DNA from: an uncultured Planctomycetaceae bacterium
GTDB lineage: Bacteria > Planctomycetota > Planctomycetia > Planctomycetales > Planctomycetaceae
DNA: 64,000 bases
Direction: 5' to 3'
Assembly (NCBI GenBank): GCA_963800135.1
Contig: CAWCZR010000009.1
Span: 417,245-481,244, forward strand
Part shown: positions 56,171-64,000 of the stretch, in pieces
Layout of the letters: every line of letters begins with the position of its first letter
How positions within the stretch are numbered: position 1 is the stretch's first letter
Notes under the pieces: model-generated
The model's database searches: none
Seen by the model: the letters and a program-made list of their open reading frames with translations, nothing else
What the model was told of the DNA's origin: nothing
Made by a program: the position numbers and the translations under genes

Positions 56171-58412
56171 ATGAATGCGCTAACTGGACATCGATCAGCA
56201 CTGGGCTCGCGGCTGATCCGCCACGTGAACCGCCTGCTGCTGGGGCTCTCCGTCTCCGTCGCACCCGCCGGAGGACGGTTCTGCTCGGCGGATCCGCAAA
56301 CCGTGGTGATCCCACAACGCAGGGCCCCGCAAGGTTTCCTGGTTCAGGACGCGGAGACCGCAGCCGGGCCGGCCGTGCAGCCGGTCTCCTCGACCGCACC
56401 GAGCACCGAGACTTCGGCCGCCGATACGTCGCCGTCCTTAGCCGGGCAACTTCCCATTTCGGATTACAACCTCCGCGCTTCGCTGCGCGGCGTGGTCCTG
56501 CAGTGCGCTCAGTTGACGAACGAGGGCGTGCTACTGGCCTCGAAGGGCGCCGCGTACTCGGCGCGCGGCAAGTTTCTGTCCGCGCTGCAGCTCATCGCCG
56601 ACGCGCTTGACGCCCGACACAACACGCAGTTTCACAGCCGCGCGCTGTCGTGCGGTGCGATCGCCCTTCGCGAAGCGGACGATTTCGGCCATCCCGATAC
56701 CGCGCCGGCCGGCGACGCCGACCCGATCACGCTGGCGTCCTCGCACGTCACGCCGATTTTGAAAGAGGGCCATCGAGGGAGCGTCACACGCCTGCAGGCC
56801 TTGCAGCTCTACTATTCGTACGCGACGGCGCAGTTCTCCGCGGCTGTCGGCGGCATTCCCGAAGCGGCTAACGCGATTTACTACCTCGGCCGGCTGCAGC
56901 CCTTCCTCGGCGGCAGCGTCGAACGCAACGCGCTCCTGGCTGAGCCGAAGGCGCTGGCACTCGAGCAGGCGGCCCTGTCGGTCGATCCGCGAAACTATCG
57001 CGCGGCGAACGAACTGGGCGTGCTCTTGCGCGGTGCGGACAGTACGAGCCGGCCCGCAAGGCTCTCCTTTATAGTGCGTCGATCGAGCGGCATCCGGAGA
57101 TCTTCCAGAACCTGGCGTACGTCTATAGCCAGATGGGCAACCGCTCCGACGCCCAGTCGATGCAGACCTTGGCCAACGAGGAACGCCGCCTGCATGTCGG
57201 CCGATCCTCGTCCGCTCCGCAGCTCGTCTACCTGGTCGATCATAAGGCGTTTGCCGGCGACGCCGCGGTGACGCGGGCCGGCGGCACGATGGACGCTCCG
57301 CCTCCCCCACCGCCGCCGGGATCTGCGCAGAGGCGAAAGCGGCCGAGCCGACCTACGAGGCCGCGCCCCCGGCCGCCACGCAGTACGCGGCACCGCCGGC
57401 GGCCGCTCCCGGCCCGCAGGAAGTCCTCGAGCCGCTCTCGTGGGAAGTGTTTGCCCAGGGCGAATTTATCGGCCCGGCGCGACTGGCCTACGTGCCCGAA
57501 TACTATCTCCGTTGCGACGACCAGGTGAGCTTCGTCTTCCGCCTCAACGGGAAGCCGATGAGCACGCCTTACCGGCTCAACGTCGGCGACGTGATCCGCA
57601 TCTCGTCGCTCACGCTGCCGACCCTCTCGATCGACACGCCCATTCAGCCGGACGGCACGATCATTCTGCCGCAGGTCGGTCCGATTACGGCCGCAGGCAA
57701 GAGTATCGAGGTGCTGCGCGGCGAGCTGGACGAAAAGTACAGCCACGTGATGCGCGAGCCGTCGATCTCGGTGATCCCGGTGACGCTGAATAAAACGGTC
57801 GAAGAACTGCGGGCGGCAATCACCAACCGCACGCAGATTTATGCCGGCCAATCGTTCACGGCCAAGATTTCGCCCAACGGCACGGTCCAGCTACCGGCGC
57901 TCGGCTCGGTACCCGCGCAGGGGCTGTCGCTGACCGAACTGCGCTCCGAGGTCGAAGCCCGCTACGCCGAGATCGTCCCCGGCTTCGAGGTCACGCCGGT
58001 GCTGGTCGAGCGGGCGCCGCGCGTCGTTTACGTGCTGGGCGAGGTGGCCCACCCGGGCAAGTTCGCGCTCGACGCGCCGACCACCGTCATTCAGGCCATC
58101 GCCATGGCGGGCAGCTGGAACATCGGCGGCAATCTGCGACAGGTGATCGTCTTCCGCCGCGACGACCAGTGGCGGCTGATGGCGACGCGCGTCAACGTGC
58201 GGCCCGCCCTCTACAACTCGAGAAAGCTCGAGGCCGACGACATCTGGCTCCGCGACAACGATATCGTGATCGTGCCCAAGTGCCCGCTGCAGGTCATCGA
58301 CGACTACATCACGCTGATCTTTACGAAGGGCATTTACGGCATCGTTCCCTTCCAGGGCGTGTCGTTCACCTTCTTCCGCGATCTGTCGTCCGCAGCGGCC
58401 GTGCTGCCGTAA
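56171..58412 (+). CDS. Polysaccharide export protein (Wza-like: Poly_export plus SLBB domains) with ~400-aa helical/TPR-like N-terminal extension and two apparent -1 frame breaks
   Basis: The C-terminal part has YRLNVGDVIRISS..PDGTIILPQVGPITAAGKSIEVLRGEL and VYVLGEVAHPGKFALDAPTTVIQAIAMAGS. Three frames join sensibly: ..NELGVLL/ARCGQYEPARKAL.. at about 57028 and ..PPPPGSA/AEAKAAEPTYEAA.. at about 57325. Confidence 0.75.
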
Positions 58413-58629
58413 GGGGATCGGGTCAATGTTCCGGGGCTGCCGCTCCGGGAGCGCCCGGCCAACCTAACGTCCGGCCGCGAATGCCCGTCCCAGCCCCAAC
58501 CCGACCGGCAGCCCCGTCGCCCCCGGGCCAAAAAGTCGCATTCCAGAGTTGGAATTCGGCCGCCCGCCCGCTAGACTCCGAAATTCGTCCCGAATCGGCG
58601 TTTGACCCAAATTCCAAGCTGACACGAGC

Positions 58630-58905
58630 ATGCCCAATTCAGCCAGTGCCCGAAAATCGATGCGAAAAGCGGCCGTTCGACGCGAGCGGAACCGCTCGGC
58701 CCGTTCGGCTCTGCGAACGGTGCTCAAGAAGGCTCGCCTGGCCGCGACCGGTACCGATCCCGCCGCCGCCACCGATGCCGTCCGGCTGGCCTCGAAGAAA
58801 CTCGACCAGTCAGCCGCCAGTCACCTGATTCACAAGAACACCGCCGCCCGTCTCAAATCGCGGCTGTCGCGCCTGCTGAAGAAAACGGCCACCGCGGCGA
58901 AGTAA
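58630..58905 (+). CDS. rpsT: 30S ribosomal protein S20
   Basis: MPNSASARKSMRKAAVRRERNRSARSALRT..IHKNTAARLKSRLSRLLK. Confidence 0.9.
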   Translation: MPNSASARKSMRKAAVRRERNRSARSALRTVLKKARLAATGTDPAAATDAVRLASKKLDQSAASHLIHKNTAARLKSRLSRLLKKTATAAK

Positions 58906-59027
58906 CGCCGCTGTCGCACGACGCGCTGTTGCCTCGTGGCTCCCGACTTCTCTTCCCGGATCGCCGTGCGCACGGTCGTCGCCCACTGCGGTCGCTGGAC
59001 TGGGCGGCTTTGCCTTCCCCGCCAGAC

Positions 59028-59067
59028 CTGTTACCCATGTGTCCGAACGACTGTTACCTATGTGTCC
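59028..59067 (+). repeat. Two 17-bp direct repeats with 23-bp period
   Basis: CTGTTACCCATGTGTCC (59028-59044) and CTGTTACCTATGTGTCC (59051-59067) lie in the convergent rpsT/AKR spacer. Confidence 0.7.
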
Positions 59068-59101
59068 GGTCTCAACACAGAGCCTGCCCTACAAGACTCA
59101 G

Positions 59102-60136
59102 CTAAACATCAATCAAGTCGCGCGTCCCGCCATACACAAACGTCCGCACCATCTCTCGCTTGAAAAAGTCGTGCGGGAAGCCCAGTTCGATCTGGCTAGC
59201 CTCGTCGAGCGTCTTCACTTGGACGTCCGAGAGCTTGAGTTCGAGGCTCGCCAGATTGTCCTCCAGTTGCGACAGCTTGCGGGCTCCGATGATCGGAATG
59301 ACGGGCACCGGCCGATGTTGCAACCAGGCGAGGGCGACCTGGGCCGTGCTGCGGCCGACTTCCTCCGCCACCTTTTTTACGGCCGCCACGATGCGGGCCG
59401 ATCGCTCTTCCACGGGCGAAAACTGCCGCAAGTTGGCCACGCTGAGCCGCGCCCCCTCCGTCGAGCCCTGGCCGTGATACTTACCCGTCAGAATTCCGCC
59501 GGCCAGCGGCGACCAGGCCGTCACCCCCAGCTTGAGCGCGGCCGCCATCGGGATTAGCTCCCGCTCGACCGTCCGCTCGGTCAGGCTGTACTCGATCTGC
59601 AAGCCGACGAACGGCGACCAGCCCCGCAGCTCGGCCAGCGTATTCGCCCGCGCGATCCACCAGGCCGGCGCATCGGAAATGCCGACGTGCAGCAACTTCC
59701 CCTGCCGCACCAAATCGTCCAACCCGCGCATCACTTCTTCCACCGGCGTGATCTGATCCCAAATGTGCAGCCAATACAGATCGATGTAATCGGTCTGCAG
59801 GCGTTTGAGACTCGCCTCGACCGCCTGAAACATGTTCTTTCGCTGGTTGCCCCCCGCGTTCGGATCCTGGCCTGCGGCGGCATTGGTGTACTTCGTCCCC
59901 AGCACGATGCTCCCGCGATGTCCCTTCATGAACTCGCCGAGGAACGTTTCGCTGGTGCCGTTGGTGTACATGTTGGCCGTGTCGATGAAGTTGCCGCCCG
60001 CCGCGCGAAACGCGTCGTAAACCTTACGGGCTTCGTCCTTGGCCGAACCCCAGCCCCAGTCGTCGCCAAACGTCATCGTCCCCAGGGCCGCTTCCGAAAC
60101 CCGCAATCCACTGTTGCCGAGCAATCGATAACGCAC
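59102..60136 (-). CDS. Aldo/keto reductase
   Basis: GTG 60136 is preceded by GAGGAGG. Sequence features are RYRLLGNSGLRVSEAALGTMTFG, FIDTANMY, VLGTKY, DLYWLHIWD and IPIIGARK. The 701-aa ORF extension is discounted. Confidence 0.85.
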   Translation of the reverse strand: MRYRLLGNSGLRVSEAALGTMTFGDDWGWGSAKDEARKVYDAFRAAGGNFIDTANMYTNGTSETFLGEFMKGHRGSIVLGTKYTNAAAGQDPNAGGNQRKNMFQAVEASLKRLQTDYIDLYWLHIWDQITPVEEVMRGLDDLVRQGKLLHVGISDAPAWWIARANTLAELRGWSPFVGLQIEYSLTERTVERELIPMAAALKLGVTAWSPLAGGILTGKYHGQGSTEGARLSVANLRQFSPVEERSARIVAAVKKVAEEVGRSTAQVALAWLQHRPVPVIPIIGARKLSQLEDNLASLELKLSDVQVKTLDEASQIELGFPHDFFKREMVRTFVYGGTRDLIDV

Positions 60137-60334
60137 GGGATGCCTCCTCACTGTGAATGACGCGTACCGCTCCAGAGCCTCCTTATATCGCAGGGGCAAT
60201 GCCCCTGCACCCGGTGCGGATGGGCACCTGAGCGGAACAGGCCGCTTGCCGCGGGGTGCTATTGGGCGAACCGGAGAGACGGACGCAAGGACGCTCGTCT
60301 GTTGCCCGCGGGTTCGTTTGCTCGCATTGCGGGC

Positions 60335-60358
60335 GGCAGGCAGAGCCTGCCCTACCGG
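60335..60358. repeat. Short palindromic element, variant GGCAGGC-aga-GCCTGCCCTACCGG
   Basis: It has the same ...TGCCCTAC(C/G)G tail as the other family. A half copy CAGAGCCTGCCCTACAAG lies at 59078-59095. Confidence 0.6.
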
Positions 60359-60403
60359 ACCAGGGGAACGCGTCGCTCGCCGCGGGTCCGGTGACCGCAT
60401 GCA

Positions 60404-60435
60404 GGGCAAGCTGCCATGCCAGCTTGCCCGTAAGG
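60404..60435. repeat. Short palindromic intergenic element, copy 3
   Basis: GGGCAAGCTGCCATGCCAGCTTGCCCGTAAGG. Confidence 0.7.
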
Positions 60436-60504
60436 GGAGCAGTGACCCGCAACAAAAGCCGCCGATCGAAGAGCGTCGAATCCCGCCCGATCTTCCAGCG
60501 GACG

Positions 60505-62571
60505 CTACTCGAACCGCGGGCCTTCCGGTGCCGTCTGTTGCTCGCCAAACGCCGGGCCCGCGTTGGTGGCCGGCGCAGCGGTGAAGTGCGGTGCCGTCAG
60601 CAGCGGGATCGGCGGTAGCGACAACGGCCGCGGTGCTGCGTGTGTGTCGGTCACTGCATTCGGGCTCGCCACAACCGTCGGACTCGCAACGACAGGACTG
60701 GCGGCCGACTCGGCCGGCGAAGCAGTTGTCGCGGCGGGCTCCGTGGGAGCGACCGGACCGGCCTGCGATTGGGCCGGCGCGAAGGCGCCTGGAATCGGCG
60801 GAGTGTTGGCCGCATTCTGCAAATCGGACTGCGGCGTTTCGAATCCGCTCAAGCGGGCCGCGACGGCGAATTGCTCCTGGCCGATCTCGACGGTCGCCAG
60901 CTGCAAGGCCTGATGTCGGCCGGCGATGGAAGTCGGCGTCAGCATCTCGACGACGGACGAAAATGTCGACGAACTTGCGGTCGTCGTTTCCGACCGCGAA
61001 TCGAGTCGCAAGCGGACCAGCGGCGCGTCGGGGAACTTGACCAGCAGCGTGGCCGGCGGCGAGCTGGACGAACCGTAGAACAGATGGCCGACGTCGCCGA
61101 TACGTCCGAAGCGGACTTCCGATTTGCCGGGCATGAGCGCGATCGTCGACTGCCGCGACGAATCCTTGCCGACGAAGAGCGACATTTCCGACGCCTGCAG
61201 CCCCCATGCCGGCGTGGTGACGAGCACAAAATCGTCAGCCCCGAAGTTGATGTCGTACCGCGCCTGAACCGTCGCCGCCCATTGCGCCACGACGGCAGCC
61301 GGCAGTCGCCGCGGACCGAGCACCGCGGCCGCGCGAATCAGCGTGGGCATCGGTAAGCGGCTCACGACCGACGAGTTCGACAGCCACGCCTGCAACTTCG
61401 GAGTGTTGCGGGTAGTTGCATAGAGCGAGACGAGCGCCACCAGGCTGTGATCGCGCTCCAGCTCCACGTCGAGATTGCGAAGGATGGCATCCTCGGCCTC
61501 AGCCGCGCGGCCGTTGCGACCGAGCACTTGTGCTGACATCAGGTTGGCTTCCCACACGTCCGTCGAGTAGTCGAGCGCCTTGAGCGCCGCGTCGACGGCC
61601 CCCGGCTTCCGGAGGTATTCGAGGATCATCGCCCGGTTCGCGAGGCCGGCCGCCAGCATTTCGTCTTTGCGGAAGTGTCCCTGGCCGACTTTGACGAGCC
61701 GCTCGTATCCTTCCGCCGCGCACGCCAGCCGCCCCAGGGCCTGCTCCGTACGGGCGACGTAATACCAATAGGGCGGGAAGCAAACCATAAAGTCCTGCAT
61801 CCGCTTAAGCACGCGCAGGCGGATGGACGGATCGTGTTCCTGCATCGCCTTTTCGAGGTTGTGCAGGTCCTGATTGCGGACCAGCCAGCGGTCGGGAATT
61901 TTGCGATCGCGGGCCAGCTTCCAGAACGTGTCGAGGAACTGTCCCGATTTTTCGGTGAAGGCCATCAGCCGCTTCTGATCGACGTGAAAGACGTCGAGAT
62001 CGCGGGTGTTGACCGACGTGCGATAGTCCCACCAACTGCGGGCCCCGGTCCGCACCGCCGACAGGTAATGGGCCGAGGCCAGCTGCGTGCCGAAGTCAAA
62101 CGCGTCGGCCGTCAGCAGCGTGCCCAGCGTGTTGTGATATTTATCGTCGAGCACGAGCCGCTCGCGGTCGGACAGGCGAATCTCGCTGATCTCGACCAGC
62201 ACGCCCGTGTAAAGCTTGATCACTTCCTGGTCGGCGATGCCGTTGAGATCGACGTTGTTGAGGATTTTTTCCTGCTCTTCGACCAGCACGCGGAGCGTCG
62301 GCGTCTTTTGAATGCGATAGAACGACGCGCGACAATAGTTGAGCGTCACCGCCGTGTTGCGGCGAACAGTTTCGTCGTCTTTGCCTTCGCGGCCTGGTTC
62401 TTTGCAGGTCGCGCCCTTGCTCGCGGCGTCTTTCGCGCAGCTCTCTTTGCCGACCGCAGTCACTTTGGTCGCGCTGGCGGGTGCGGACCAAGCCGGTCGA
62501 GAGATGCCGAGTCCCGCTTCCAACAAGAATACGCCGACTGCCACGATGTATCGCAGCGTGCACGGCAGCAT
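60505..62571 (-). CDS. Secreted hypothetical protein (689 aa), helical-repeat core with Pro/Ala/Thr-rich C-terminal tail
   Basis: Start ATG 62571 gives the signal peptide MLPCTLRYIVAVGVFLLEAGLGISRPAWSAPASA. The upstream part of the 820-aa ORF looks non-coding. Confidence 0.6.
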   Translation of the reverse strand: MLPCTLRYIVAVGVFLLEAGLGISRPAWSAPASATKVTAVGKESCAKDAASKGATCKEPGREGKDDETVRRNTAVTLNYCRASFYRIQKTPTLRVLVEEQEKILNNVDLNGIADQEVIKLYTGVLVEISEIRLSDRERLVLDDKYHNTLGTLLTADAFDFGTQLASAHYLSAVRTGARSWWDYRTSVNTRDLDVFHVDQKRLMAFTEKSGQFLDTFWKLARDRKIPDRWLVRNQDLHNLEKAMQEHDPSIRLRVLKRMQDFMVCFPPYWYYVARTEQALGRLACAAEGYERLVKVGQGHFRKDEMLAAGLANRAMILEYLRKPGAVDAALKALDYSTDVWEANLMSAQVLGRNGRAAEAEDAILRNLDVELERDHSLVALVSLYATTRNTPKLQAWLSNSSVVSRLPMPTLIRAAAVLGPRRLPAAVVAQWAATVQARYDINFGADDFVLVTTPAWGLQASEMSLFVGKDSSRQSTIALMPGKSEVRFGRIGDVGHLFYGSSSSPPATLLVKFPDAPLVRLRLDSRSETTTASSSTFSSVVEMLTPTSIAGRHQALQLATVEIGQEQFAVAARLSGFETPQSDLQNAANTPPIPGAFAPAQSQAGPVAPTEPAATTASPAESAASPVVASPTVVASPNAVTDTHAAPRPLSLPPIPLLTAPHFTAAPATNAGPAFGEQQTAPEGPRFE

Positions 62572-63118
62572 TTTTCCCGTCGTCCCACCGTCTGTCGTCA
62601 CTCTGCCTCGACGACCCACCGACCCAATCGCGCGGCTCAGCGACGCACCGCGAACCAAACAGTTGCCCATCTGCCCCTCCGCAATCCGAGAAGTTGGCCC
62701 CGAGCCGGGTCGACGATCGATACCCGCGCTCACCCTCGCAGTCAGAATTGCAAACGGGCGAGCAAACAGCCGAGCCGGCCGTCCATTGTATTTCGCGCCG
62801 CGGCAGAGAAAGGCCCGCAGCGTGCGACTCCGCCCGCGCCGAGGCAACGCAACGTCTGTTCCAACGATCGGGAAAAGCGTGACGGCGGGGAAAGCTCTAG
62901 CAGCGAGGCGCCGCGCAAACTCGCTTAACTGGGAACGCGTCGAAAGTTGTGACGAGAGTCCAATCAATCCGTCGCGGCCCGCAAACTCTCCGCGGCCCCT
63001 TCAAAGTCCCCAATTGCGCGGAAGGTCAGCGGCAATTCTTACATCGGCCTGGAACGCTTCGCGCGAGGCGATGGCCTCGATTGCGCCCATCGGGGCAGAG
63101 ACTGTTTGTCAGTCGGTC

Positions 63119-64000
63119 CTAGGGCTTCGCCTTATTGCTCGGATGATTACCCTCCAAATCTGCGACGAGTTTCTTGAAGTCTTCGCGGCCGCGGAGGGAA
63201 TCCAGATCCTTGTCGGCCTTGATTTGCGCGGCGTCCTTGAAACCCGAGGCGACGGCTTCTTTCAGATGCTTCATGGCCTGGTCGGCTTCGGCGTCGGCCT
63301 GCTTCGCGGCTGATGCCGATTTGTCCGTGCGGAGCAGGGCAGCGGCAACGGCGCGGAAGCAGGCATCGTTGTAGCAGTAGGCGGCGCGGTCACCGGTACG
63401 CTTGAGCTTCTCCCACATCTCGGCCGTCTTAATGCAACCGGCAGCGTCATTTTTTTCTTCGAGGCACTGCTGGCGCAGCGAGAAAAGCCGAGCGAGTTTG
63501 TCCGCTGCGGCACCAATGCCCGCCCCAAATTCGATCAGCTCATCGATGATCGGGATCGCTTCGCCGGCGCGGTGGAGTACGACCAGGCTTTCGGCCACGT
63601 TCTTCTTGGCGCCGATTGTCGCGGGGTGGCGCGGGCCGTACTTGGGCTGCACCAGCGCAAGCGTCTCTTCGCGGAGTTTGAGGGCCTCAGCGTGACGGCC
63701 AAACGCGTAATAGGCCGACGCCAGGTTCCCCATGCAGGTCAATGTGTCGCGGTGGTCGGCTCCCCTCTTGGCCTTCAAGAGCGGCAGGACTGTCTCGTAC
63801 AGCTTGAGCGCTTTGGCCTTGTGGCCGAGGCGAAAGTGGCTGTTGGCCAGGTCGATCATCGTCTCAAGCGTGTCTGGATGATCGGGCCCTAGCTTGGATT
63901 TTCGCAGTGCCAACGTTTCCTCTTGAAGCTTAAGCGCGTCGGCATTCCGTCCCAGACCGGAGTAGTCCGCGGCAAGCGAGTGCATCAGAGCGAGCGTGCG
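63119..64000 (-). CDS. TPR-repeat protein (kinesin-light-chain-type TPR), 5' end outside window
   Basis: It has repeated ...LGPDHPDTL...NLA..Y...G....A..L.E..L units. The frame is still open at nt 64000. Confidence 0.7.
   Translation of the reverse strand, partial: RTLALMHSLAADYSGLGRNADALKLQEETLALRKSKLGPDHPDTLETMIDLANSHFRLGHKAKALKLYETVLPLLKAKRGADHRDTLTCMGNLASAYYAFGRHAEALKLREETLALVQPKYGPRHPATIGAKKNVAESLVVLHRAGEAIPIIDELIEFGAGIGAAADKLARLFSLRQQCLEEKNDAAGCIKTAEMWEKLKRTGDRAAYCYNDACFRAVAAALLRTDKSASAAKQADAEADQAMKHLKEAVASGFKDAAQIKADKDLDSLRGREDFKKLVADLEGNHPSNKAKP

Noticed and set aside
60137-61207. N-terminal extension of the 701-aa ORF that ends as the aldo/keto reductase.
   Set aside because: The AKR homology starts at GTG 60136, which has a perfect SD. 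The extension is Arg/Gly-rich, spans intergenic palindromic repeats and overlaps the 3' end of the neighbouring gene.

Overview
High-GC bacterial chromosomal segment. The gene content suggests Planctomycetota (Pirellulales-like): a CxPxR sulfatase, an FGE/SUMF1-domain lipoprotein, an ECF sigma/anti-sigma pair, a prenyltransferase-like toroid/HEAT protein, many signal-peptide or lipobox hypotheticals, and multi-hairpin intergenic repeats. This is inference only, since no rRNA is present. I count about 55 protein genes, one tRNA (Gln-CUG) and one intact IS630-family element. Most of the window is ordinary housekeeping. It holds glnS-gltX and a co-directional minus-strand string argB-argD-argF-rph-(secreted hypothetical)-rdgB-tRNA-Gln. 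It also holds lysC (four ACT domains), rlmN, rpsT, two MFS transporters, an ArsB/NhaD-type permease, a DHH phosphoesterase, an AKR, an Fe-ADH, a serine hydrolase and VOC proteins. I found no CRISPR array, recognisable defence system, prophage or secretion system. Six things deserve a second look. (1) At least nine single-nucleotide frame breaks sit in otherwise intact conserved genes, including argF and lysC. They are most likely assembly indels and should be resolved before anything else is interpreted. (2) A small-ORF island at 51.4-53.4 kb encodes very short single-TM peptides and an immunity-like protein, and its genes share a conserved ATGACGGC-ATGA start junction that recurs at 11.19 kb. 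(3) A minus-strand cluster combines a CPBP (CAAX-protease family) gene, a 626-aa polytopic membrane protein and a prenyltransferase-like toroid/HEAT protein. (4) A near-identical 126-bp four-hairpin element occurs in inverted orientation at 34.85 and 42.7 kb, bracketing a 7.7-kb transporter block. (5) An IS630 copy lies 12 bp upstream of a LigD-N-like/CPCC fusion gene, next to a GGGACGGGAC repeat and G-quadruplex-prone region. (6) Two unusually long non-coding regions (about 1.2 kb and 0.8 kb) contain structured elements. All family assignments come from motif recognition by eye; no searches were run.
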